Shown here: in pieces, positions 26,958-39,870 of the stretch
Position numbering within the stretch: the stretch's first letter is position 1
Layout: each line of letters begins with the position of its first letter
NCBI GenBank assembly: GCA_951406725.2
Contig: OX597830.1
Location: 41,788,001 to 41,852,000, forward strand
Length of the DNA: 64,000 bases
Origin: Octopus vulgaris
Taxonomy: Eukaryota
Direction of reading: 5' to 3'
The notes under the pieces: model-generated
Told to the model about the DNA's origin: nothing
Databases searched by the model: none
What the model saw: the letters and a program-made list of their open reading frames with translations, nothing else
Position numbers and translations under genes: made by a program

Positions 26958-27281
26958 GTAGACAACCCGTGACCCATTGAGTCACTTGGAAAGTGTGAGT
27001 TTCCCAGAAATGGAGTTTTGTTTCATGGGTTTTTTCTTTTCCAGTTTATTTTGCACGCTTTCAACGAATGTGACATCAAAATCATGCGTAAATGGCTCCT
27101 TTCCCCAGGAAAGGAAAGATTTGGCTGTTATTTCTTGCACACCCTGCTATACCATAATAAGTATTTCAGGTCCTTTATCGCAAATAGCTGTTATGTGGTA
27201 GCAGGACATGCTAGAAATAGCAGCCGAATCTTTGGAGCTGAGATACATTGAATGTACTTGATTCTCAGAACTGCCATCTGG

Positions 27282-27668
27282 ATCAGCTGGTTTTGTTTAA
27301 TTTCCATAAATTTTCTTTTTATTTACTTTTGTTTTAAAGTGAAAGATGTATGGACGTGTGTGAGAGAGAGAGAGGGAGAGTGCCACTTACACCTACATGA
27401 GAATACATACATTCATTCATTCACTCACTCACTCACACTCACACACATGCATCCGAACATACAAAAAAGATGTATGCATATATATTGATGTATGTACGAA
27501 TACATGACTACACCCTTTCACTCACTCACTCTCCCTCTTCCTCTCTCTCTCTTTCACACGCCCATTTCATATACACGTACATATATCTTTCACTTTCTCC
27601 TCTCTTTCACTTTAAAACAAAAGTAAATAAATAAAAAAATTTATGGAAATTAACAAACTCTGGATGAT
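27282..27668. repeat. Long imperfect inverted repeat (fold-back/MITE-like)
   Basis: Left arm TTAATTTCCATAAATTTTCTTTTTATTTACTTTTGTTTTAAAGTGAAAGA is the near reverse complement of ~27603-27655; inner GA-rich and CT-rich tracts also pair. Confidence 0.8.
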
Positions 27669-28456
27669 AAATGAGAGATCACCACTCACTTGCAAATAAT
27701 TTTTTAAAAAAACATAAAAATATTGTCTGTTTAAAGAAAGCTAAAATATAAATACTCACTGTACAACTTACATTTTTGAAATCACATTCAGTTAAAAATA
27801 TTTCTAAATGATTAAAATATTGTGGGCGTCAAAAAGTTGAGGGTTTTTTTTTCTTAGTGAGTGCAAATATTATGTTTGTGTATATGTCACAGCTGGCAGA
27901 CGTGTGTTTGTGTTGATTGACAAGCAATGACATTCATTATATGTGTGTGTATGTTGATGTCACGGAAGTGATGTTTTTTTTTTTCAAGAAATAAACAAAA
28001 TTTGTGTTTAACTGTTTTCCTTAATAAATAGTCCCAAATATTACAAAAATTTGTACTGTACTGCTGAAGGTAATTATGAAAATAAATATGCAAAAAAAAT
28101 TAGGATAAAATATACTATTTCTGAGATATTTCAGATGCACACAAACATCCCTAGAGTTTTAGTATTATCAAGACGTGTGTGTGTGTGTTGTTCCCCCATT
28201 CCCCAGCATGTGACAACCAGTATTGGTTTCTTTACATCCCCATAACATAGCAGTTCAATACAGAGACTGATAGAATAGAACCAGGCTTAAAAAGTAAGTA
28301 GTGTTTGAGTAAACCTGTTGTGGTGGTGCTCCAGCATGGCCATAGTCCAAGGACTGAAACAAGTGAAAGACAAAAAGTAGCAAACGATAACACTATGGAA
28401 GATAATATTGTAATAACATTTAAAACTAGTGTTTTTGCAATGAAATTATTCAAAAT

Positions 28457-28617
28457 CACTACACTCACGGAGTGGTTGGCGTTAGGAAGGGCATCCAGCC
28501 GTAGAAACACTGCCAGATCTGACTGGGCCTGATGAAGCCTTCTGGCTTTACAGACCCCAGTTGAACCGTCCAACCCATGCTAGCATGGAAAACGGACGCT
28601 AAACGATGATGATGATG
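28457..28617 (+). mobile_element. Family B retroposon 3' fragment
   Basis: Same core and (GAT)n tail as 24728-25035. Confidence 0.85.
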
Positions 28618-31600
28618 AATTTAAAATTCATTAAATGGAGAAAAATCTTATTTATCTGATATCTTATTTCAGTTTTTGTTTTTCAAATCCTCAAACTTGT
28701 TGCTACTTAGCAACAGGGTTTAGGTAACACTTGCAGTTACTAGTTCATTGTTCAGTTGTTGCATTGCAAAAGATGGACAGGTAGATGGAATAAATTGTTC
28801 CAGACTGCAGCATGAGCAAACATTTATCTGCTATTACTGCACAATAAGTTCAAAATTTTGTAAGGGTTGTCTTTTTTTTTCCCCCCTCGTTTCCTATCAA
28901 GAATTGCTAAGTTAAATAACTGTCATCATTATCATTATTGGGGTTTTCCATACTCACATAGGGTCAGACAGAATTTTGTTGAGATGGATTTTCTACAGCA
29001 AGGTATCCTTCCTTCTACCAACCTTTTCCTGTTTCCATGGAAGATGGGAAATGAAAGACAACTATCACATGATGTTCAAGCAAGGAGATAATTATCATAA
29101 TTAATTCAAACCACTGTACTCTAAATACTAATCACATTACAACTTTTGTAATGCTAATAATAATAACTTCTAACATAAGTCAGAAATTTATGGGAGAGGC
29201 TGTAGTCTATTGAATCACCTTTGGTACTTGGTTGGTACTCTTATTTTATCAACTGAATTCAGAATATGAATAGCTGCAATAAATACCATCTGAGAGACTG
29301 AGCAACAGAGAGAGTAAGAAGCAATGTGTATGCATGTTCTATTAACACAGGTTAATGAAGAAAACAGTCACATCACTGAAATCTTGAAGCTACAAGATAA
29401 TGCTTGATTAATTCAAAACAATATGAATACATAAGCATTAATATGACAGAGTAATCTGAATGCTAAAATGATTAAACATTTAGTTTTTCCATAGAAGAAA
29501 AAATAATTAACAACAATTCAACAGACATTGAAACAAAAATATTTTGAAATGGTTACAAATAAAATCAACTGCAATATTGTACAAAGAAGTTCCCTCAAGT
29601 AAAACTTTTATTTATGAGCTGGTGTTGCTAACTATTCCTCACTAATCAGAGTTAGATACCATAAACTAGACATACAACAAAATGGTATAAACTTGAAAGA
29701 CTTCCCATTCAAAGAAGCTTAACAGCCAGTTGATTCAAAAATCAACAAATTTATTACTTTAACCCTTCCGTTACCGTATTTCTGTTGAGATGCTCTGTGT
29801 TTCTTTCAATTACTTTAAATATACCAAAGAATTCAGTAAAATAACTTAGTTATTATTAAGCTAGTGTTAGGAACATAAATTGTGACAAACAAAATTTCCA
29901 TTCAAATGGCAATTACTAGACGATTTCTGCTTGAGGTTAACCGTTTTAAGTCATAGTGGTAACACCAGCTATGTCAGAAATAGGCATATAAATACTGTAT
30001 AAATTTTATAATTGAAAAATTTATAATATTTTGAACATATGAGTATATTGGCCTGCGGGTGCAATAAAATGTGCTCCCAACCATTTTTTAACCTATGGGC
30101 CCCTTTGTTTCCTATTTTATTCAAGTGGACTCTCATAGCTATTCAATGTTTAGAAAAAATCCTGTCATTGTAGGGAATGTGTGAGATACTGGATCTGGCC
30201 AGTTTCAATGTAAAGCAGGTAAAATATTTTAGCTGGATATGGTTGGTTTAAATGCTAAAGAGTTAAATCTTCCTATGGTTAAGCATTTAATGTATGTTTA
30301 ATGCTATGGGCTCGAGATTATAACCATGGATTCATTAATCCTGTTGACTTGAAAATAAAAGAAAAGAAATTACCTTAATTTTGCACATGTGTGTATGTAC
30401 CCTTATAAGCACACATATATTGAAACACAGAACCTACAAGGTATAAGTGTTGCTCCACCATCAACCATATGGTTATAAGTTCAAGCCTTACTACAGGCAA
30501 TGTGTTATATCCCTAAGAAGTACTCATAAATTCTTTGTTTCAGTTTGTTTTATGGGCAAAACAGGAGATATTTATGGAAATGGCATCCAGTGGATATAAA
30601 TGTTATTGAAAATGATCTACTAAAAGCGAATTTAAAAAACAGAAAGACATACTATTTATGAATGTATGGAAAGATTAGATTATAGAAAGGTAGAAATCAA
30701 AAATGTGATGATCAGAATATATAATCTTGTAGCAATTGTGTTGATAGTATGGTATTATTTACTTGAAACTAAGTAGGAAGCATCAATAATAAAATAAAAA
30801 TATAAGCTATGCTGATTACACCCAACATGGAATAATGTTAGTCTAGTAATTTTCATTGCAAAATTACTTAATATTTGCTAACTCAACTGTTGGATTTATA
30901 TCTACTTTAAATATTTTGTTATATTTCTGTTTTATCTATTGTGTGCCATATATTTATGGAAAGTTACCTGTCATAGCCACAGATGTTTGAACAGCTATTT
31001 TGATGTGTCTGGGCAAGACACTTAATTCTGCTTTCTAACTGGAAACTAAACTTTATTGGGAATGTTACTGATAAATACATAAGTGTCCTTTTCAGAAAGT
31101 TCAAAGATATACTTTGAGTAAAGTTTATTTTACTACATATCCACAATATTTTTTAATATTTAGTCCAAAACTAATTTTAAGTCCTCAAACTCTTTCTGAC
31201 TTTTTGGTAGTTATTTCTTTTATGAATCAGTTGGCTCTCTCTCAGATCTTATTTTAGTATAAGGTATTTATGACTATCATTAAACCATAAAATTTGTTTG
31301 ACAAGTTCTTCTTCCTATCGTAGCATAGTTAGTCTTTGTTTTTTTAATGTTTAAATTTTCATCCAACTAGATTTTTATTGTCTAGTCTATCTACACAGCT
31401 GGGACGACTTTTCTATTCATGTTTTTTCCTATAAAAATTGACCTAAAATGATTGCAAGCTGAACATCAGTCATGTTGATCTTACCAGTCAGTAGAGCATG
31501 CACAGTTACGTGGCTGCATCACTCCATTTTAACTTATTCAAAATCAACAACTGCAAAAAGTTATATTGCTTAAAAAAAAATACTGATCACTATAGAGATT

Positions 31601-33258
31601 AAAAAAAAAATATGAGTTCTGTTCGGTGGATTTACTTTTCTATTCTTACCTATTGAATATTTTCCTTTGTCTATGATTTCTGATAGATTAACTCTAACTT
31701 CCTTCTATACTTCTTATAAATAATAATTTCTATATTTATCATACCATATATAAGGAAGCTTAGCAATGTTGTGAAGGCCACAACATGTTTTGCAGGCAAG
31801 CTTTGTAGATTTATAGTCTGATATGTGTCAGTTTGAAGTCTTTTTGTTTTACAGTTTTTATAAACATTTGTGTAATGTTTGTATTTTTTAATTTCTTTTT
31901 CTGAATACGATACAAGGTTTAAATAATCCTGAAATGAGTTAAACATTCACAAAAACCCATGATAAAATATTGTAAAAAGCCTGATCAATTGGGTCATAAA
32001 TCTTGTGACAATGGAAGGGAAAGCAGTAGAGTTATCAGTTATAATTGTTGAAATGCTAAAAACCAACTGCTTGCTTAGGTAACCATATTGTGTTGAGAGA
32101 TGTTATCCTCAGTGACTGACATAGTAATCAGATGGTTAAGAAGATGGGTTTAAAAAGATAAATGATATAAATCTCTAAATTAATGCATCAGCTAGCTTAT
32201 GGAGGTATTAGGGAATAAAGTGTTAAATTTTAATTATTCAATTTAGGTTTTGTATTAAAGTGCTATATTATTAGTTAGTCGACCGTTGTAACCTGTCAAG
32301 AAAAGTAAGCAGAATTGAGTTGTGAAAGTAGTTGGGTGCTTTTATTGGTTTGCAAATAACCATAGAATTTTCATGTTTACTAATTTATTTTTCGTCTTTC
32401 TGGATCTGTATTCATTCTTATTTTTTTAAAGTTGCTTCAAATGATAGTCTCAATTGAGAGAACTATTTCTTAATGATTTGTCAAATGTACATCACAAATA
32501 GTATTTGATATTCTATTATCCCTTAATTTTGTGTGTGTGTGTTTGTGTGAAGACAAGATGGTTGTGTGGATAAGATATCAGATTATTGACTTATCTGTAG
32601 CAAGCTTATGACTGGATATATTGGTTTTTAAATTTTGGCACAAGGGGCAAGTTGAACAACATTAGCAGAATCATAAAACCATTGGGTAACATGCCTTGCA
32701 AGTATTTTGTTATGGCCCTTTATGTTCAAAACCAGCCTAGATCAACTTGCCTTTCATCCCTTTAGCAGGGATCAATAAAATAAAGTTCCAGTGAAGTAAT
32801 GGAGTTGATAATAGTGACTAACAACCATCTTTCAAAATCTCAGGCCTTGAGGCTAAACTAGAAGCAATTATTTAAAATTGAGGTCACAGAGTGTTTAAAA
32901 TTGTGGAGAAGGCTACATTGTTAAGTGTTTAACTTTCTCTCTGTGTGTCCTGAGATTAAATATTACCTTTCATCATTTTTCTGGAGTTTGATAAACAAGT
33001 GCCAATTACATATTAAGACGAATTTGATTGACTGTGTTTCTTCCAGATACTGTAGCCCTGTGACTTCATGGAAAATAATTATTTCAGTTAAATTCTCAGG
33101 AAAGTAAGTCTATGTCTCGGTTTATTTGTTGTCCTTAATGAACCAGTGAGTCTCTGGATCAGCGGTTCTCAACCAGGGTCTATATAGCCCTTGTGGGGTC
33201 CATTGAAGACTTTGCTGTTAACATTTATGTGCAATAAAGTGCTTATACTTCTACAATA

Positions 33259-33736
33259 CAGTAATCCCTCAACTATTGCCGGCGTTGCATTCCAAAACCT
33301 CCTGCAATAGGTGAAAATCCACAAAATAGAAACAGTACTGTACTGTATATATTTTTAATTATTTTTATAATTTGTGTGTATTTATTTCATTATAAATGCA
33401 AAACAACATCACACACTCGTCTCCCTAGTTTCGTTTTCCATGCAGTATGTGCAATTCTTTGTTTACTATGTATTGTCTTTTAATATATTTTAATTAATGT
33501 GTTATACAGTATAGTACTGTACTCTATCTTTATTTATTAATGTAATTTTTAGGCATGAAAATGCTTATTTTACAACAGAAATAATTAAAATCTAAAATAT
33601 ATATAAATAATTATCGGTTACAGAAACCCATGATATACTGAGGAGTCTGTGATATAAATTTACATATATTAGCCAGAAAAATCCACAATATACTCAGTAC
33701 GAGATAGGTGAACCACGATATGGCAAGGGATTACTG
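33259..33736. mobile_element. Tigger/pogo-like MITE
   Basis: TA|CAGTAATCCCTC … AGGGATTACTG|TA, TA target duplication. Confidence 0.85.
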
Positions 33737-33796
33737 TACACAAAATATTTGCACAAATTTTCTTAGACAATCCCTTATAATATTTCATTATAAAAA

Positions 33797-34010
33797 GGCA
33801 GCAAGCTGGCAGAAATGTTAGCACACCAGACAAAATACTTAGCAGTATTTCGTCTGTTTTTATGTTCTGAGTTCAAATTCCACCAAGGTCAACTTTGCCT
33901 TTCATCCTTTTGAGGTCAATAAATTAAGTACCAGTTGCATACTTGGATTGATCTAATCGACTGGCCCCTCCCCATAAAATTCGGGCCTTGTGCTTAGAGT
34001 AGAAAAGAAT
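33797..34010 (+). mobile_element. SINE family C, near full length
   Basis: GGCAGCAAGCTGGCAGAAATGTTAGCAC…GAGTTCAAATTCC…GGCCTTGTGCTTAGAGTAGAAAAG. Confidence 0.85.
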
Positions 34011-34917
34011 ATTTCATAAAAATGCACTGGAATTTTTTTTTTATTTACATCGAATTAAGGTTCAGTAGAGTAAAATAAGAATCCAAGGGATCCATAGGTA
34101 AAAGATGGTTGGGAACCACTATTCTAAGATGGCCACTAATTATGCTAGAAATAGTAACAAAATCTCCTTTATATTGTATCCTGGCCATCTTAAGGAAAAG
34201 ACACTTCAGATAATGTAGTCCTACATGGCCTCAAAACAAGTGCGGTGGTAACCACTTTCCAACTGTTAACCATTCCGATGTGTTGGCTTAGAACTAATCA
34301 ACAATATTTTATATTCTTGATGTCTACAGAAAATGTTTGACCACCACAAAATTCATTTCCTTCTTTTTTTGAAGATCTTAGTCATATGTAAAAGAACAAT
34401 ACTGCTAAATAGTCAATTAGGCTCCTTAAAGACAGTGCTTTGTTTGTTCTGACTGCATAGTCTTATGGGGTTGAAAGATAATCTTCTGGAAAAGACACTG
34501 ACTAGTCTTCTATCACATTACATTCCTGATAGTTTGGTGAATTGAGTAAGCCAATGGCTGGATCCACTGTTTTTTTTGTTTTTTTTTGCTTTTACAGTGG
34601 TTACTTTACTTGGAAACAGGTGAGGGTTGGTAACAGGAAGGGCATCCAGCCATAGGAAATCTGCCTCAACAAATTCCATTTGACCCCATGGAAGCATGCA
34701 AAAATAGGCCTTAAAATGATGATGATGATGATGGTGGTGGTGTACTTTCACAATGGTTGTGAGAATTAATTGAACAATGTTATTGGTTGATATATTCTTG
34801 TGGAAGGAACTGTAAACTTTGATATATGTCTTCTTTTTTTTTTCCCTTCTTTCAAAAATGTTATGTATTTTTCAGGAACTAGTTTATTGATTATTCCTAT
34901 TTCTTCCTTAATTTCAG

Positions 34918-34974
34918 GCTTTTACACGCCAGTCTCCAGGTTTGGAACCAGCAACTGCAGTTGCCTCTGGTTAA
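34918..34974 (+). CDS. Probable terminal coding exon of the zinc-finger gene (AFTRQSPGLEPATAVASG*)
   Basis: Acceptor ttcttccttaatttcAG at 34917, phase 0 matches donor at 23796; followed by long repeat-poor AT-rich sequence typical of a 3'UTR. Confidence 0.65.
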   Translation, partial: AFTRQSPGLEPATAVASG

Positions 34975-35663
34975 AATATATAGATTTGGACATTATATTG
35001 GCAATATTTCTGAAATGCTGACAAATACCATAGAAATATGCTCCCACGACTCACTTTTGAATCCTGGCTGTAGCTGTTCTGCTTCTCTTTGCGTCACTCA
35101 GTCCTTGAGAAAGGAATGAATACCATTCCTGTTTCGTTGGTTTTATAAATAAATTTAAGGCTTTGTGCCTTTCTACACAAGAAAATTTGGAACGGGGATT
35201 CTGAGCATTTCAGACAAGATTTTGCTCACTTAATTGAAAAATCGTTTTTTTTATTTATTTATTTATATTTTTTTAAACTTCCAAGAAATGCAGCTCACTG
35301 TTATGTTTTTGTAAGGCTGTTTTTAGATATTTTATACAATTAAGACACATTGAAAAAACAAACTAAAAGCAAACCACCCATTTTTTTTTTTTAAATAAAA
35401 CACACCAATCCTTCTATAATAGTGTTGGTTGGGAAACAAAAAATTAATAAGATATGAAATAATTGATATTTAAAACAAATGAATGAGAAAAGAGAAGAAT
35501 TAAATATTAACAATCTAGGTTTCATTTTCTGTTATTTGTTGATTGTTGATAGTTCTGACTTCAATTTCTTTGTATTATTATCATGAAAGAAATCAAAAAT
35601 GTCAACAATAAACAATATAACGGTAGTCACTGTAACAACATCTAACATACATGCTTATTGCAT

Positions 35664-35721
<58 letters not shown>

Positions 35722-38700
35722 CATGCTTTGGTTTCCTGGATTAAAAAGTAATTATCACACATTGAATTGACAAAGTTAGTTTTTCTATTGAAATAGGAAG
35801 ATGGGGATTATTGAGGTCAGTTTACAATTCTTACATTGGAACAAAATCAGGAAATAATGATTGACACATTGTTGTATTATCAGTGCTTGGAAGAAGAGAC
35901 ATTTTTGCAAATAGTACAGTATGATCAATATTTAACAGTTTCTCTTGTGAGAAAACCTATGTTTTTCTAACTATATTGACAAACTTTACTTCAAATATAT
36001 ATTTTTTGGGCTGATATTAGACCAAGCTTGCTAGCCATTAACAAAGCTTCTGACTCAGAATATACTTTTAATGTCTTAGAATCATAAATTTCTAATTGTT
36101 TTATCATACTACGCTCTGCTAAATTCTCGTTTAATTTCAAAGTGGTGCCCCAGCTTGGCCACAGTCCAATGACTGAAGGAGGTAAAAGATAATAGATACT
36201 TTAAAAAAAGTTTTTAATTTCTGATTTTTAATTAAAAAAAAAGAATTTTTTAAACCCTGTTAAACTACCTCCCAAAATTGGGGTTTATGAATTAAAGGGA
36301 GGTTATATATTTAGAATTGTCATCTCTTAAAAAAAGAAAATGAATTTCAAAAGAACTTAGTACCATTTTGGTGATATTAAAAGAGAGAAAAGAGTAACTT
36401 TTCTTCAAGATTTCACATCAGTCTTAGATATTTATTTCACATAATAATGAATTTTTAAATTCTTTTTTTTTTTTTCCTTTATTTTCCCTGAGTCATTAGG
36501 AGGAGTTATGGATCTCCTGCTTAGCTTTGTACAAAGAATCTACATTTTCTTCATCATCATATTGTTATTAGAACTGATCTCAGTTTGATAAACTGTGGGC
36601 AACTGCTTGTTGCCAAATAAATTATTCAAGTTTTAATTGATATGCAAATTCTCATAGAAGTTTCAAGTTTAATACACTGCTTCTGTCTTTATTCCTTCAG
36701 CAAATGTATAAGAACTTTATGATGAAGAATGATCATCTTTAAATTTCACCATTTTCTTTATACTTTCATGTAAATATTTCATATTGTATTCATCAAATAT
36801 AGACTAGAAAAAAATGTTAATACTTTTTCTTACTGCAAAATGACTTTGTTTTTATTAAATAAAATTGATTATAATTGATATTATTTTTTATATCCAAGCA
36901 TATACATACCGATATTTTATTTATTTATACATTTTGTTGCAGCTATTTCTAAAAAATAATGTTTGTTGATTTCGTGATGTGTTAAATCTATAGTTTATCA
37001 CATAATTGTCATTGATTCATTCTGAAATCTGTGCCAGTTTGATTGATTTCATTTCAATAGTTTTAATTAAATAGAACTGGCCGAAATGTTGAAATATAAA
37101 CCTTTAAATTAATTTCTAGGATAAGCTATAATCCTAATTACATTGATAATAGAAATCAATTGATGAAAATTTGATCGCTTTCTCATCATCATCCTAATTG
37201 TAGACGTTCAGTTATAGTTCCGTTGCTAATGAAGAACATTTTATACAATTCTTTTATTTTTTTATTTTTATTCTACTTGATTCAGATGTATAATGCTTAG
37301 ACATTACATTGACCATGTGTACAATATTAGGCGCAGGTGTGGCTATGTTGTAAGAAGCTTGCTTTCCAATCACATGGTTCTGAGTTCAGTCCCACTGCAT
37401 AGCACATTGGGAAAGTGTCTTCTACTGTAGCCTCTGGCTGACTAAAGCCTTGTGAATGGATTTGGTAGTTGGAAACTGAAAGAAGTCCATCATGTGTCTT
37501 TGTTTGTCCCTCACCACCGTTTAGCAACTGGTGTTGGTGTATTTACGTCCCCATAATTTAGCAGTTTGGCAATAGAGGCTGATAGTATAAGTACCAGGCT
37601 TTACAAAAATATATGTCCCAGGGTTAATTTGTTCAACTAAAACCCTTCAAGGTGGTGCCTCAGTGTGGCCACAAACTGAAACAAGTAAAAAGTAAAAGAA
37701 AATATTTGAACTGCCTTGTAATAATTGAGGATTTGTAAGGGTAAGGAGTGGCAGTTATTAAAATTAGCAAATTTTCACTGAACATATATTTGTAAAAATT
37801 CCAAATTTCTATTTTTGTAAATGTTAGTTGCTGCAATAGCTTAAATGTAAATTGACATGGTCAAATTTTGAATTTAATATTTTCTAAAACATCTGGAAAT
37901 TAGTATTATTCTCATTGCTCAATTTCAATTTCAACAGCATAATGCTAACAATGAGCAATAAGACATCACTTGTTTTTCTAATTATTGATATGGAAAAATA
38001 AAACTGGTCCTGGACCTACTCCTGAGAAATAACTTCACTTAACATGTGTGAGTGTATAAGAATAAGTATGAATGTATGTATGTATTATATATAATGTGTG
38101 GATGTGTGATACATGTATCTGTTTAGTGTTAAGTGTTGGAGAAAAAAAAAAAGAGTATTCAGTACCATGGTAGAGATTAATGTATTTTATTTTGGTCATA
38201 TCAAGTCTCCTGTTAATTTGAGCTTTCCTTGTTGGTACACAGTCTTCTGTCATAATTTGCCTGAAGGCTCTGTGCATCCAGACAGAACTCAGGAATAAGA
38301 GACTCATTCAACCAAAATAACACACACACACACAATGTTCATGTATGTGTGTGTATATTATTATACAATAGCCTCTCTGTAATGATTTATAAATAAACAA
38401 CCAAGTTATCTAGCACTTAATATACAAATTTGGAGTTATTCTACTCCAGTTTAAATCTTGCAGTTTATGTGGTTAGCTTTGAATTATGAATATTTCGCCA
38501 TAAATGGATTGCTTTGTTAATTGATCAGTGAGTTTACTTTAACATCAGTAATTTAATTATTTATTGTTGATATTACAAAGTTGAAATTTCCTCTTCAGTT
38601 TTTTTGTTCTCTTCCATATTCTAGTGTCAGGATTTTAATGGTATGGTGATTTAGTTTTTAGATATTGAAACCGGAACTCATTGACTGAAGTAATTCAGAG

Positions 38701-39870
38701 CATATTATATTTAGTTGTTTAAAATCCCCAGCTTGTATTTCCACACACCATGTGTTCAAAAATTACGTGTTATATATTTTCTTATATATATATATAAAGA
38801 AAAAAATGTAGTTGAAAAATAGAAACACTAAATGAAATCTTTTTTTTTTTTCTTTTTTTCTGTAATATAATTAGTGAGAATTAAATGATGAGGGTTATTG
38901 ATACCTTCATTTTAAGGCTAATAATATTTTAAGAAAATATGTGGCTTGGATAATCTTGACATTTTCAGGAGAATAATCAAACTGAAAAGTGTAAATGGCT
39001 AAAGGGAGGTAACTACACAACACCGAAACTATATGCAAATATCACTTAGATGAAAATCGTAAAAAAAAAAAATGCAATTTCTTCACTTGCTTTGCTTTTG
39101 AAGTTCTATAAACTTATCACATATTAAAAAAGAAAAGACTTTAAAGTAAATAAAACCAAAGTTGAGAAATGTACTCAGGAACCAAATTTTTTTAAATTTT
39201 TTTTTTTTTTTTTTTTTTTTTTTCATTTTAAAATAATCAATGGACTTTTATCATTATATAAATACACATACTGTTCATTTTATTTGAATGACATTCTTGA
39301 AAACTTTGGAATAGGATTCTGTCCCTAAATTAGATCTTTTAGGATATGAAAAAAAGAAAAGAAAAAATTCACCTTCCGGATATCTGTGATTTTTTTTTTT
39401 TTTTTGGTGACTTTCCTCCATCTTCAAATAATTTCTGTTTTTATGTGAAATTCTTACTGAGAAAAGAAGGAAAAAATTAAATTAAATTAAAAACACACAC
39501 ACAATTTCTAATAATTGTTGCCATAATGATTTTTAAAATGATTTCTTATTCCAAATCATATTTTAAAAATAAATTTGGTAAATTTTATCTCCAAGAAATA
39601 TTGATTTTCTTATGCTGAAAATTCTCTGTACATATTATTTATACACATACATGCATGTGTGTGTATGTATATATGATGTATATATTATATATATATATAT
39701 ATTGTTTCTGTTATTGATGTGTTCCAGTTCTTTTGACAGCAATTTCTGGATATTTTCTCTCTACCTATGCTGGGAGCTAGGTCCATTATTCCATTGACAG
39801 CAAAAACATTTTATCATAGCTGAAATGTCTGCTGTAGCACTTCAGACAATAAAAATAATTCATATTCCTC
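34975..39870 (+). other. Probable long 3'UTR of the zinc-finger gene
   Basis: Markedly depleted of mobile elements versus flanks (one full SINE), U/A-rich tracts, several AATAAA (e.g. ~36858, 39848-39853); end point is an inference. Confidence 0.5.
37330..37700 (+). mobile_element. tRNA-derived SINE, family A, full length
   Basis: GGCGCAGGTGTGGCT…GGTTCTGAGTTCAGTCCCACTG…GGATTTGGTAGTTGGAAACTGAAAGAAG…ACTGAAACAAGTAAAA; other copies at 40080-40440(-), 43750-43903(-), 45480-45875(-), 49360-49700, 50377-50550, 53820-54050, 58260-58500, 61580-61735(-). Confidence 0.88.

Larger units (their letters stand above)
33160..34121. mobile_element. hAT (Charlie-like) element containing two nested insertions
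   Basis: Ends CAGCGGTTCTCAACC … GGTTGGGAACCACTA; TSD degenerate. Confidence 0.7.

Noticed and set aside
37330-37405. tRNA genes
   Set aside because: A/B-box-like heads are followed by SINE bodies and do not form a full cloverleaf.
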